DNA from: the human T2T-CHM13v2.0 reference genome, Homo sapiens | NCBI GenBank assembly: GCA_009914755.4 | Contig: CP086569.2 | Coordinates: forward strand, 18,208,001-18,272,000 | DNA length: 64,000 nucleotides | Direction of reading: 5' to 3' | Shown: positions 46,606 through 59,169 of the stretch, piece after piece | Layout of the letters: the number at the start of each line of letters is the position of its first letter | How positions within the stretch are numbered: position 1 is the stretch's first letter | Program-made: the position numbers and the translations under genes | Notes under the pieces: model-generated | Seen by the model: only the letters and a program-made list of their open reading frames with translations | Told to the model about the DNA's origin: nothing | Database searches by the model: none

Positions 46606-49600
46606 ATACCCCCTCTAAATAGGACACTCCAACTGATGTTGGGAATTAGGCTGATGACTGCTCTAGCTAATTCCTGCTGCACAGGAGCAAAGAAGGGGCC
46701 CTGAAGTTGTAGGGTCCTCCACAGGGGAACTCTTTAGGCCAGTGAAAGGGCCAGTGGGTCAATCCAGGGGTCCTCAGTAGCAGTTGTTAGTTGAGCTCAT
46801 TTAGGATTCCATTTGCAAGACCATCTGTAGCTTGATGGCCTTGATTCTAGAGGAAACAAATTTGACAAGGAGGTTAAAAATACAGGGCCCAAAGGTGAGT
46901 AATAGCAAGATGGCTGCCACAGGACCTAGAAAGGGGAGAATCCATGTTGCCCAACTCCAGATGTTGATATAAGAGTTTGAAAGGTGTCTGACTTCAGAGG
47001 CCTTTTCCTGTAAACATGGGGCAGCATCTCATACTATCCCTGACTGGTTAATGTAAAAACAGCAATCTTCCCCAAAGAAGGTGAGAGTCCTCCTTTCTCA
47101 ACAGTGAGGAGGTCTAGGCATCAGTGGCTTTGGAGAGTCACTGCTGCCAAAGAGTCTATTTGGGATTGTAGAGTAGCGATAGATTTTGTTATTTCTTACA
47201 ACTATCTAAGAAATCCTTTGAGAGTGTGTGATAGTGGATAATGAAGTAGATAAACTGGCTATTCCAGTTCCTGTAGCAGTAGCCATTCTTAACCCTATAA
47301 GTAGGAGTATTAGTTGTATGACTCTGTGCTGATGGACTTGAGCTTTGAGGAGTACTGATAAGGTCTGATGTCCTGGGGCAATGTTAATGTTGGGACTTAG
47401 AAAGACTAAAATGCAGATGCCGGTCCAGTTAGTGGGGAGACAGATATAGGTCAACAGATATAGTGGGGAAACAGATATATTCCATGTAAGAATATACCTT
47501 GGCTGGGTAGACACAACTGGTTGTGTGTGTTAAAAAGGTGTGTGAGTTTGTTGTTTTCATTTTCCCATACTCCTAGAGTACTTGCCAAGGTAGCTCTGGT
47601 GAGTGGCTACAAAGGGTGTTGGGAGCAAACTGAGTGGCTCCCTGTGCTCTATTTTATTTTTATCCTGGCAGGAGCTACCGTATGTAGTCCTATGACAAAA
47701 ATTATGGTTAGTATGCTGTTCAATAATATGACATAATAGTAAAAGGATTCCATTAAAGGGGCAAGGAGAGGTGTTAAAGATAATGCATATGTAGGTTTTC
47801 ATTTATCTTTTTTAAGGAGGAAGGGTTTTTCTTCAGGATCGGTGGTAGAAGCCTTTTTAGTCTGGGATATTTCCTTCTGAAATAGGAGACGCAAGTCCTC
47901 CAATGGTTAGCAAGTCCTCCAAAGGTTTATCAAGGCTGCCCTGGCTAATCTGGGGACTCATGAGCTGATAGACCCACAGGTGCCTCAGGGTATGTTTCCC
48001 ATTCTACTAGATGAGTATTTGCTCTCTGAATCTCCTTGGTTAGAGTATATAGGGGCTGGTCTATCTTGCTGTATCTGGGGATCCATAGTTAGCCAAAGCT
48101 GGTGATTCTAAGGAACTGCCACAACGGTTTTAATGTCTTAGAGTGAGGATAAGCCAGTATAGGCTTTATTCATTCCTTACTGAGGGCTCTGATCCCTCTG
48201 GTCAAGATTAGGCCTAGATATTTGAACTGCTGTAAGCAAATCTGGGCCTTCCACATAGACACTTTTTACCCTTGGTCAGCTGGAAAGTTCAAGAGATCTA
48301 GAGTAGCCTGCTGGCATGAGGCTTAGGAACTGGTAGTCAAAAGTGAATCATCCACATACTGAAGGACCAGAGTGCCTGGACTTGAGAAGTGGCCTAGATC
48401 TTGGGCCAGTGCCTGACCAAACAAGCAAGGCCTATCCCTAAACACGTGGGGCAAGATCTTCCATGTAAGTTGGGATGTGTGGTTTGTGGGATCCTCAAAG
48501 GCAAAGAGAAACTGGGAGTCAGAGTGCAGGGGAATACAGAAGAATGCATCCTTTAGGTCCAGAACAACAAACCATTCTGCTTCTCTGGTGTTTGAGAGAG
48601 CAGAGTATAGGGGTTTGGTACAACTGGACATAGAGGAATTACTGCCTCATTGATGAGTCTAAGATCTTGCAATGGTCTGCACTGACTGTTCCGCTTTTAT
48701 ACTCCTAGAACTCAGGTGTTGCATGGACAGCTGCATTTCCTTACTAAATCTTGAGCTTTTAAATGTTTAACAACATCCTGTAATTCTTTATGAGCTTCAG
48801 GCCTTAAGGGATATTGCCTTCAATAAGGAAAACTGGTGGGGTCTTTTAGCCTGATTTGGACTGGGTGGGCATTTTTTGCCCTTCCAAATTGTCTTTCCAA
48901 TGCCCAGACTTCAGGATTGTTTCCCTCCTCAAAAGGGGACAACCAATGGGTAACTTGTTCCCCATATTTATGTAGATAATAGCTCCAGCTTTCGCCAATA
49001 TATCCCTCCCTAATAAGGGTGTGGGACCTTCAAGCATAACAAGAAAGGCATGTGAAAAGAGTAAAGTCTCCCAATTACAACTGCGGAGGTGGGAGAAATA
49101 CGTGGTAACAGGCTGTTCCAGGATTCCTTGGATGGTAACAGACCTTAAAGACAGTTGTCCAGGACAGCAGATTAGCACTGAGAAGGTGGCACCAGTGTCC
49201 AGCAGGAAGTCAATTTTTTGGCCCTCAATGGTTAAACATACCCAGGACTCAGTGAGGGTGATGACATGAGCTGGTGCTTGTGCTGGGCACCCTCATTACT
49301 GTTGTTGGATCATCTGGTTGAGGGCTTCTGGCCCAGAGAACCATTGCATTCTGGGGGCAGTGCACCTTCCAGTGATTGTCTCAGCATAGTGGACATGGAT
49401 GGAGGGGGGGCTTGTTTCTTACTGGACAATCTTTTTTAAAGTGTGCTTGTAAACCACACTGATAGCAAGCCTTACTAGGTGATTGGCCTTCTCCATTTTC
49501 TGTCATTTCTGAACCACCAAAGTTTGTTAGTCTGAGGGACGTGACTAAGGCTGCGGCCTTTCTCTAATCTCACTTTTCCTTTTGGGCCTGTTCCTCTTGG

Positions 49601-51896
49601 TCCCTATTATAGAAAACTGAAGCTGCCAGGTTTAGTAATGCCTCCAGATTTTGTTCAGGGCCCAGGGCTTTCTTTTGGAACCTTCTCCTGATACCTGTGG
49701 CTGATTTGGTAATAAACTTATCTTTTAGAATCAATTGACACTGTAGTGAGTCAGGCAACAGGGGATTATATTTTCTTAATGCCCCTTGTAGCCACTTGAG
49801 GAAGGCAGAAGGACTTTCTTCATTTCCCTGAGTTATGGTGGACATCATTGAATAATTCATGGGCTTTTCCTAATTCTCCTTAGTCCTTCTAGAACATAGG
49901 TCAACAGATGTTTATGACTCCAGTCCCCATGATCTGAGTCAAAGTCTCAGTAGGGATGCATACTGGGGATGGCTTGCTGACTGGTAGAGAATTTGTCCCT
50001 TTCTTCAGTTGTCATTCTATCATTTACTTCATTAAGATACCAGGTACCTCCAAACTCTCAGGCTGCAGCTAAAGCTGCATTCTTTTTTTAAAGGCCAGGG
50101 TTTGATCTAACAATAGCATGACATCTCTCCAAGTGAGATGGAAGATTTTCCCTAGACACTGTAGGACATCCATGTACCTATCAGGATCATCTGAAAACTT
50201 CCCCAGGCCTGTCTTGATCGGATTTCAATCAGAGAGAGATAAGGGGACATGTACTAGGGTTTAGCCAAATTCCCCTCGCCCTACAGCTTGAAGGGGACAT
50301 AACCAATAGCCTGGGAGATTTTGTGGTCCCTTGGAGATTTCTTTGCTTATTTCCTTCTGGATGGGGAAGATTAGAGGAGGCATATCATTAATAGCAAGGG
50401 GAGCTATAGGGAGGCTAGGATATGGGGGTAAGCTGAGAGTTCCTCCCATGGGATGTAAATTGCAAGCTTTGCATAGTTGTGGATCCTTCTTCAGTGAAAA
50501 GAAAACTTGGACATAAGGCATTTCACTCCATTTGCCTTCCCTCTTACAGAAAAGCTCAATCTGTAGGACAGTATTGTAATTTATACTTCCCTCAGGTGGC
50601 CATTTTTCCCCATCAAAGAGAGAATACTGGGCCAAGCCATAGTGTAGAAAAAAATGAGAGGCCTCTTTAGCAGTGTTTGTGGGTCAAATTCATCCCAATG
50701 GCTTAGGATGCCTTTCAAGGGTGAGACTGTTGGTGCCTGAGTGTTTCCTATCTCAAGACAAAACCACCCATGGTTTTGGTTTGTTTGTTTCTCCCCCTGC
50801 CCAAGAACCCACAATGGTCCCTGGACCCTGCTGATCAGAAAAGTTGCACTCACTGATGCAGCAGCAGAAACACGAGTTTTCCTCTTAGACCACAAGGAAG
50901 GTCAGATTTAGTGGTCCTTAACAATGCATTCTCAAAAACCTGCACCCTTGCCTGTCCTGCTAGACCACAAAGAGGACCAAGAAATATCGGATTTTGTGGC
51001 CCTTACTGAACGTTCTCAAAAACCTGTTAAGCATTCTCCTGTTAGTAATGGGATGTTACCCCTGCCCTATAAAGATGTTATGCCCCAAAAATGAAGTGGA
51101 GGGCCATACCCTGAGGGATGGAAGGAATCTCCAGAGTTGGAAGAGTGATGCCTTTTTTCCTCATTTATATGAATAGGAAGGATACAATTTCTGAGGCTCC
51201 TCATATCCTAGCTTCAGGAATAGCTTTTGTTAGGCATACTTGTCTGAGAAGGGATCATAAAATTCTATCTAGTACTCCATACACTGGAGCTTTGGGCAAA
51301 AATTATGTCTTTCTGATTAGTGAGCCCACTTGCCTAAAGAAGGTAACAGAGTCCTGAAGTTTATACTAGAAATCATTCTTACAAGAGAAACTAGAAAAGC
51401 ACCAGAGACAGGGAGTGGTTTTTAGAAGGAGGACTAGCCTTGAAGAAAAGAGCTGAGAGGAAGTTTGTCTGACAGGCATTAGGACCTAGGAGGCAAGGGT
51501 CAGGATAGATAGTATAGATGGGCAAGTCTCGCTTGGGCATCATGACTTTGAGAGTTCAGCTTATGACCGCAGGTTCAACCAATTTGTTGTTGGGACCCTG
51601 GAGCTGAATGGCTTTCCTCTCTGTTGACCCTCACCTCAGCCCAGAAGTACAGGAAAAGCAGGAAGCTGGTTCCAGCAAACCAACGCTCCCAACTCCAAAG
51701 AGTAGAGGGTTGTTAGAGAGCCCTTTCCCAGAAAGCCTGACACCAGTGTCTTCAGTCCAGTGGCTGCACTATTCTCTTTTAACTGGCTGACAGATGCCCA
51801 GTATTTAGACCCTGAATTCTAAGGAAAAATAGGACAGAATAGCAAGCAAAAGGGGTCTAATGGTGTTCACCATTTGGTGATAGTTGATTGTCCCTT
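46606..51896 (-). mobile_element. HERV9 internal region, copy 2 (deleted), on the - strand. In element 3'-to-5' order it contains the env TM 3' part (46606-47520), an RT fragment (48323-48631), protease (48846-49178), gag (49570-50895) and a leader (50895-51896). Most of pol 3' and env 5' are missing.
   Basis: - ORF 47206-47514: ...RVIQLILLLIGLRMATATGTGIASLSTSL (env fusion peptide). - ORF 48323-48631: VLDLKDAFFCIPLHSDSQFLFAFEDPTNHTSQLTWKILPHVFRDRPCLFGQALAQDLGHFSSPGTLVLQYVDD (gamma-type RT). - ORF 48846-49178: PLLGRDILAKAGAIIY (protease). - ORFs 49570-49860, 50261-50635 and 50581-50895: HERV-W/9-like Gag (KRPLIFFYTMAWP; WPPEGSINYNTVLQIELFCKREGKWSEMPYVQVFFSL; SAFLKWLQGALRKY...QLILKDKFITKSA). 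Confidence 0.8.
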
Positions 51897-52729
51897 TGTG
51901 TTTGCCAAAATATGGCCAGAATTGCTTCCTTCTGGTGGGTTCTTGGTCTTGCTGGCTTCAAGAATGAAGCCATGGACCCTCATGGTGAGCATTACAGTTC
52001 TTAAAAATTGTGTGTCCAGAGTTTATTCCTGCAGATGTTCAGATGTGTCCAGAGTTTCTTCTTTCTGGTGAGTTCATGGTCTCATTTGACTTCAGGAATG
52101 AAGGCGTAGACCTTTGCAGTGAGTGTTACAGCTCTTAAAGGTGGCACATCCCAAATTGTTTGTTCCTCCCATTGAGTTTGTGGTCTTGCTGACTTCAGGA
52201 GTGAAGCTGCAGACCTTCACAGTGAGTGTTACAGCTCATAAAGGTAGTGCAGACCCAAAGAGTGAGGAGCAGCAAGATTTATTGTGAACAGTGAAAAAAC
52301 AAAGCTTCCACAGCATGGAAGGGGACCCGAGCAGGTTGCCACTGCTGGCTTAGGTGTCCTGCTTTTATTCCCCACTCACATCCTGCTGATTTGTCCATTT
52401 TACAGAGAATTGATTGGTCCATTTTACAGACTGCTCATTGGTCCATTTCACAGAGTGCTCATTTTTCCATTTTTACAGAGTGCTGATTGGTGCATTTACA
52501 AATCTTTAGCTAGACACAGAGTGCCGATTGGTGCATTTACAATCTTAGCTAGACTGAAAAGTTCTCCAAGTGCCCTACCCAATTAGCTAGACACAGAGCA
52601 CTGATTGGTGTGTTTACAAACCTTTAGCTAGACACAGTGTGCTGATTGGTGCATTTACAATCCTTTAACTAGACAGAAAAGTTCTCTAAGTCCCCACCTG
52701 ACCCAGAAGACTAGCTGGCTTCACCTCTT
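51897..52729 (-). repeat. LTR12 (HERV9 LTR), copy B, in minus orientation. It is the 5' LTR of internal region 2.
   Basis: It starts tgtgtttgccaaaatatggccagaattgcttccttctggtgggttcttggtcttgctggcttcaagaatgaagcc. The U3 attgg repeats lie at 52380-52665. It ends ...ggcttcacctctta. Confidence 0.85.
52380..52665 (-). promoter_or_regulatory. LTR12 U3 CCAAT-box tandem repeats (about 6 copies)
   Basis: ttgattggtcc, tcattggtcc, ctgattggtgcatttacaa (x3), ccgattggtgc. Confidence 0.7.
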
Positions 52730-53049
52730 ACTAGCATTAGAGTCTGGCCTCTGAATGGTTTGCTTGATTACTGCCAGGTGATCGTTAGTCTCCCCAGTAA
52801 TAATTAAGCTGGTTGTTTTAGGTAAGGTGCACTGGGAGACAGTGTGGAGAGAAAGTGGGGGAAAATGAGGGAAGTAGCTGGAGGAACAATAGCATGAAGG
52901 GAAGATGAAAAATCCAGCAACGAAGAAATGATGGGTCAGAAAGAACACAAGAGAGCAGCCTTACATGGAAGCAGTAGACAAACATTCTATTCTACAAAGT
53001 CATTGTTGGGGGAAAAAAAGAGGCAAAAAGGATTGAGTTTTGCAATTTT

Positions 53050-53590
53050 ATACTCTTGACAATTGAGTGATATTAACAGTTCTTATGTTATTTTCTCTTG
53101 AACTATCATTTCTTTAATTAATACTGATTGTAAACATCCTTTTGGTATATTTTTTACTCCAAGAAATCTAGTATTCCTTTGGTTGCCTTATTTAATTTGT
53201 ATTCTCTTATATTATTTTCTTTTTCCTGATTATTTTGGGTTTATCTTGTTCTTTCTCTTCTGGGTTCTTAAAGTGAAAGCTATGGCTCCTTAATTTAAAA
53301 TCTTCATTCTTTTTTAATATAGTTATCCAGAGACATAAATTTCTTAGTACAAGTTCAGTGTTATCCTGTAAATATGATACATTGTGCTTTCATTTGCATT
53401 TTGTTCAATTATTTTATCATTTCTGATTTTTTTGTTTGATTCTTCCATTTATAATTTATGATTGTCTTATGCAGTTTCTAATATTTGGGCATTTTCTAGA
53501 TATGTTTTAATTATTGATTGTAATTTAATGCTACTGTGGTCAGAGAACATACATTGTGTCATTTGGATTTTCTTCTAATTTTTTGAAATG
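53050..53590 (-). mobile_element. Older L1 fragment in antisense orientation (ORF2 region), abutting the MaLR LTR
   Basis: gctactgtggtcagagaacatacattgtgtcatttggattttcttctaattttttgaaatgtatgatgtgg resembles the reverse complement of L1 ORF2 sequence (cctattgtggtctgagagagtgtg...tgatttc...). Confidence 0.5.
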
Positions 53591-53593
53591 TAT

Positions 53594-53960
53594 GATGTGG
53601 TTTAGCTGTCTGTCCTCACCCAAACATCATCTGGAATTGTAATCCCCACATGTGAAGGGAGTTACCTGGTGGAAGGTGACTAAATCATGGGGTTAGTTTC
53701 CCACAAGCTCTTCTCATGATTGTGAGAGAGCTCTCACAAGATCTGACGGTTTAAAAGTGGCAGTTTCCCCTGCACAGATTCTCTCTCTTCTGCTCCCTTG
53801 TGAAGAAGGTACCTGCATCCCATTTACTTTCTGCCATGATTGTAAGTTTCCTGAGGCCTCCCCAGTCATGTGGAACTGTTAGTTGATTGAGCCTCTTTAC
53901 TTTATCAATTTCACTGTCTCAAGTATTCTTTATGGAAGTACAAAAAATGACTAATAAAAT
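53594..53960 (+). mobile_element. MaLR solo LTR (MST/THE1-like, diverged)
   Basis: tgatgtggtttagctgtctgtcctcacccaaacatcatctggaattgtaatccccacatgtgaagggag...ctgccatgattgtaagtttcctgaggcctccccagtcatgtggaactgttagttgattgagcctctttactttatcaatttcactgtctcaag. Confidence 0.75.
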
Positions 53961-54049
53961 GTATTTCAGGTCTAAACTTAGTCTATCCTGGTAAACATGC
54001 CTCTGTCTATTTGATCATATATGCATCTTAGAGGTTAACTTCAGCATAC

Positions 54050-55090
54050 TTACAGGACACAAAAATATTCAACTTCAAAAGGTTAAATTTTACAAGATAT
54101 GGCATCCAAAGAAAAGCCTCCAGTAATGAGAAACAGTACAAAAATGTAATTAATAAGATGAAGAAAAATCAATCAAAATAGCCCCAGAAATGACACAGAT
54201 GTTAGATTATGCAATGACATTAAGTAGCTATTATAACGGTATTTCATGTGTTCATAAAGTTAGATAAAAACATCAAAGATACATAAAATGCTCAAATAAA
54301 ACATCTGGATATAAAATCTACAACGTGTAAATCAAAATAACATTGAACCAAGTTAACAGGAGAGTAGAGTTTGCAGGAAAAGATGACTTGTGTATTTATA
54401 GACATAGCAATAAAAACCCTACCAAACAAACAAAAAGTAGAGAAGAGAGATTTTAAAAAATGAATAGATCTATGAGCTTTAAGAATATTTTAAGTACATT
54501 AATATGAATGTAATTGGAATCCCAGAAAAAGATAAATCACAGAAACCATATTTGAAGATATAATGACAAAACATTTTTGTATTTGATGTAAACTATAATC
54601 CTATAGATTCAAGAACCTCAGCCAACATGCACCAAAACAACAAGTAAAATTCCAGCTTATAAAATTTGTAGATGATGCTAAAGCTGTATTTTGGAGAAAT
54701 GCATAGTACTCCATAATCTGAGGGCTGAAAAGTGATAACTCAAGAAAACCTTACAAGCACCCAGAGAGAAAACACAGGTTACATTTCATATGTCAAAGTA
54801 ATGATTCCAGCAAATTTCGAGTGAAAAATAATGCCCACTGGAAGACAGTGGAATGATGTCTCTAAAGAACTAAGGGGGAAATGTAATCTAGAATTGAATA
54901 ACTACCAAAAATATTATTAAAATCAGAGAAGAAGTAGGCATGTTCAAAAATAGAAAAACAGAAATAATTGATTAGCACAGACCACACTGCAAGAAGTGGT
55001 AAGGACATCCTTCAAAAAAAGAAAAATGATACCAGGTGTGGTTATGGAAATGTGTATTTATACAAAGAAGCAAAGAACACTGGAACTTAT
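54050..55090 (+). mobile_element. Ancient L1 (L1M-like) fragment
   Basis: The translation contains ..NVIGIPEKDKSQKPYLKI-like sequence (gaatgtaattggaatcccagaaaaagataaatcacagaaaccatatttgaagatataatg) and other LINE ORF-like AT-rich coding remnants. It is highly diverged. Confidence 0.45.
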
Positions 55091-56329
55091 GGCTGAAATA
55101 ATAAGGTATAGAATTTTTTATATTTGTATATTATATATGTTTATAGTTTATATATACTTATATATTTAAATATTAAAATATAAATATTTGTGTATATATA
55201 CACATATTTATGTATATATTTTTTCTTCCAATATCCTTTAGGTTTTCGTTGTATAGGTTGATAAAAATACCTCAACTTTAAGACTATATGTGTCAAAATG
55301 AACAAAGAAGCAATTAAAGAGTATTTTGCCCTTAGATGAGTAGCTAAGCAATTTCATTTTTTATTAAATTTCAAGTTGACAGTTTCTGTTAAGCTTTGCC
55401 ATAACTGCAATAACTTTGCCTGTCAGGTTATTTGCAGTTTGTTGCGACTGATATAAATGATGTGGCCAGACAATTTATAGAAGTCAGGCAATTAATCAAA
55501 ATGTTGAAAACATTTTTACTAAAAAGTCAATCAATTGAAGCGTGTCTTAGAAGCTGTAATTTATCTATTGATTCCTCAGAAAATATCCTATATTAAATAA
55601 GTATGTCACATATTTTCCCTCAAGTTTAAAACAATTGAGTAATTTCTATCTGGATGTTTTAGTATTGAGTCATAATTTGATGGTTACACACCTCAAAATT
55701 TTCTTCCTGCCTTCTCTTTTCCCAAAGGGAAGATGAAAATAGGAATGAACCCAAAATAGAAAAAACTATATTTCCTTTTAAAAGCAAAGTAAGCTAACAT
55801 CTTTTATGGAGAGTCCATGGTTTCCCTTGTAATTTTCCTTGAGGGTGAAATTAAAACCTGACTTTGCATTTAAAATGCTACAAACATATATGAGTTCTCA
55901 TATGAAGACCAAATGCCTATGGGTTTATTGATTTTTCTTCTACATTAGAAATTGCACAATCAAGAAAAATCATTTTAGGAGGCTCTCTTAGAGTAAGTAA
56001 ATAAGCTGAATTGAAGATAGGTTTTACAAACTCTTAAATTCCATTGTTCTTCTTAAAAGTTATCCAGAATTTATGGAAAAGCAGAATGACCCTGAAGGGT
56101 GGGTCAGAACATTTTTGAGAGTGTGCTCATAGACACCAGTTGCCAGAAGTAGATGGGACTGGGTACCTTTCTATGTACAGGGAGTCTGTCCAAGTGCCAT
56201 GAAGCAATTGGACAACACCTTGACCTTCTGGGTCATTACCTGTTCTGTGACCAAGGAGCAACTAGAGGTCATTTGATTTGGCTTGAAGCCAAGAGTAGTA
56301 GCATGGCTTGTTTTCCCTAATCATTCCTT

Positions 56330-56445
56330 GTTTTCCCTAACCATTCCTTGTTTTCCCTAATCTTATCTGTTTTTTGGATGTCTTTCTCCAGGGTTTAAAC
56401 CTGGTACCATCTTAAAGGAGGCACTGCAGAGAGAAAGCAAAATAT
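56330..56445. repeat. About 115-bp segment directly repeated at 57068-57185 (about 85% identical). Its 5' part is an internal 3x tandem of ttccttgttttccctaa.
   Basis: ...ttggatgtctttctccagggtttaaacctggtac[c/t][a/t]tcttaaagga[g/c]?cactgcagagagaaagca[a/g]aat occurs at both sites. Confidence 0.7.
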
Positions 56446-56477
56446 ATTATAATATTATCTCTATTTTAAATTTACAT

Positions 56478-56480
56478 ATC

Positions 56481-56511
<31 letters not shown>

Positions 56512-56528
56512 CCCACCCCCCCCCCCCC
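56478..56528. repeat. (CT)n microsatellite followed by a poly-C run of about 16 bp
   Basis: ctctctctctctctctctctctctctccccacccccccccccccgccc. Confidence 0.9.
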
Positions 56529-57067
56529 GCCCAATCTGGAGTTGTCTATAAAACCCTATATAGAGCAGCAGTAAGTATATGCATGTAAACAAAATGCTCA
56601 TTTGTTTCCTAATGTCTATATTAAGGAGGCACTAACAGTTGGACCAGCTGGCAAAAAAAAGGGTATGATTATATTTTAGAGAAAATGTTAGGTTGGTCTG
56701 AGGTAGAAAAATTGTAGCTTTCCCATGTGGCATAAAATGGGAGTAATCTAGTTAATATTATTGTTTCATATTGAGAGTTTTTAAAAAACCACATGTCTTC
56801 TGAGTTCAAATTTGTTTGCATCTTTAACCCAGAAACTAGCAGTTAAGATGAATCATGTCTATTTTCCTCTACTATCCAGTCTCTCACACAATTAATTCCT
56901 ACTATTGTCTTCAGCTTTTTCATTTTGAGCTTGACCTTGGCAAAGCTCAAAACGTGGATGTTGCCTTGGCTACTAAATCTCATGTGATAAGAGATAAATA
57001 AGACAGTCACACAGCAATAACCTTCTCCTATAAGATCATTTCTGAAGACTGCAAGTTTCCCCATCCA

Positions 57068-57185
57068 CAGCACATTATAAAAGGGCTTCCTTGGTTTCTC
57101 CAATCTTGTCCGATTTTTGGATGTCTTTCTCCAGGGTTTAAACCTGGTACTTTCTTAAAGGACACACTGCAGAGAGAAAGCAGAA
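57068..57185. repeat. Second copy of the 115-bp direct repeat
   Basis: See 56330-56445. Confidence 0.7.
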
Positions 57186-59169
57186 TTCCTGCCATTAATG
57201 ATAATGCTTAAATCACTGAAATCAAATCTGCAGCATTAAGCCATCTTGAAAAATGTCATATCCATAAAATATTTTAGGAAATGTCCAGCTACATAGTTAG
57301 GCTACTTTATCATTTAGCACATGCGTGTTTGATATTTGTATTTGGTGTTTCTGTATTTAGTGCTGTATTTAATGATGGTCAGGAAAGCAAAGACCAAGGA
57401 CCCAGAAAATGGAGAGTTTGAGGGCAGAATAGTAAGAAATGTTTTTTGCCTTTAATTTTAGTTGCAGGGGATATATTTATAAAGTCAATGAAATGTAAAT
57501 TAGTTACCCATAAACATGTCCTGAATGACTAGTTAGTGGAATTGTACTTTCTATTTGTCCTTCTATATGTAAGTATTCTTAAATGTCTCCAGATATCACA
57601 TCATTCTTGTTATATTCAAATTCTATGGCCAGAATGGCCCCTTTTTTGAGACTTACTTCCTCCAATAATCAAGAATATGTGTTATTAAGCAGATTGTCTT
57701 TTACTAATTATATAGTTCTCAATTTCTCTTCATTCATAGTGTTCTCAATCATAAAATTGATAATATGTCTTTACCTGTTAATAAAATGGAACCCATCAAT
57801 AGTGTGTAATTCTGTTTTTCTTTTATGTGATGGATTGCATGCCTCCATGAACAACCACATAAAATGTTGTGTTTTGTTTTAATAAATAAGCAGGGTTATG
57901 ATGTAGAAAATGTGACGCTTTTGGCTATTGGCTGAGTGGAACATTTACATTTATAGTCTGTGGACAAAGGCCACCATGTTTTGTGTTCATGACTCATAAA
58001 TGACAGCAGGGTCAGAGAAGGGCTTTTCTGCTGTGATGGGGCAGGCTTTGCCCAGGGGTCTTAGCTCTGCTAGACTGCATAGGGACAGGCTATCCTGAGC
58101 GGGCAGTACAATAAAGCAGCCAGAATCAGGGACCCACTGAACATCAAAGACCCATTTAGACAGCCTGGTCACTGCAGAAATGTATCAGCAGAGTAAGGGA
58201 GGAAAGAGGAATAAGCCAGGCTTGCTGCTTTCTAGAGGATCAAAAAGAGCTCCTATCTAAGAGCAAACTTGCACTCATCTAGGATTCCATCTGAATTATG
58301 AACCTCAGGGAGACCTGCCCTGTGGTCCATCCATCGTCACGGTCACCGTCCCTGAATATTTTCTGTGCATGACTGGTCTACTGCCTCTACTGCAATACCC
58401 TGAAGCATGACCCTATGCCTCAATTACTATGAGCAGCCCTAGGAGAAAAACCCAGTCTTACTCTTTGTTGAATCCTCTTTGTCACTTGATACAATCACAA
58501 TAAATGCTTAATCCGTATGTTTTAGAGAAATCGGTTTTAGAAAAGCAGGTGCACATGTGTGGAGGCAAAACAAGTAGGCAGAGAGCAGAATTAGGATTGA
58601 GAGGGTCTTGCACATGAAAATGATGAATAATGTATGTCTACCTCAGAAAGGTGGTGGGAGGGTGAGTAACATCAAATTTAACCAAAACAGCAACAAAACT
58701 AAGCTTCCCTTTAGCTTGTGTTGGTGGTACCTCCTTCTAGATTCCATCTCCAAAGTTTCACAGTCACGTTGGGCATCATATTGGGGAAAATCATCGATTA
58801 GACCTATGAGAATCTTATCTTTGTTCTGAAATTTTCCAGTGGGAAAACATTGGGTTGGGCTCAAGATAGAGTTTGCATGAGGCTGATGGAGAAAATTGAA
58901 GATGTATCTTTTTCCTTCTGTAATGTGACTGTTTCCAAATTGAGATGATGTACTAGGACTGTGGATAGAGCACATGTGAACAAACACATCATAGTATCTA
59001 GAGGAGGCTTTCATAGCTCCTTGAAATTTGGCAAGATCAATGTAAGTGGATTTCAAATTCCATAAGGAACTGATTTGGTGGAGAACATTCATTTGCAAGA
59101 GTAGATTTAGCTAAAACTACTTTTAAAAATCCAATCCAACATATTTATGTTTTTTTGTTTTGTTTTGGT

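Noticed and set aside
58643-59098. 151-aa minus-strand ORF in non-repeat sequence
   Set aside because: It has no recognisable domain or motif, no obvious Kozak or splice context, and is AT-rich. It is most likely a chance ORF in intergenic DNA. I could not test conservation.
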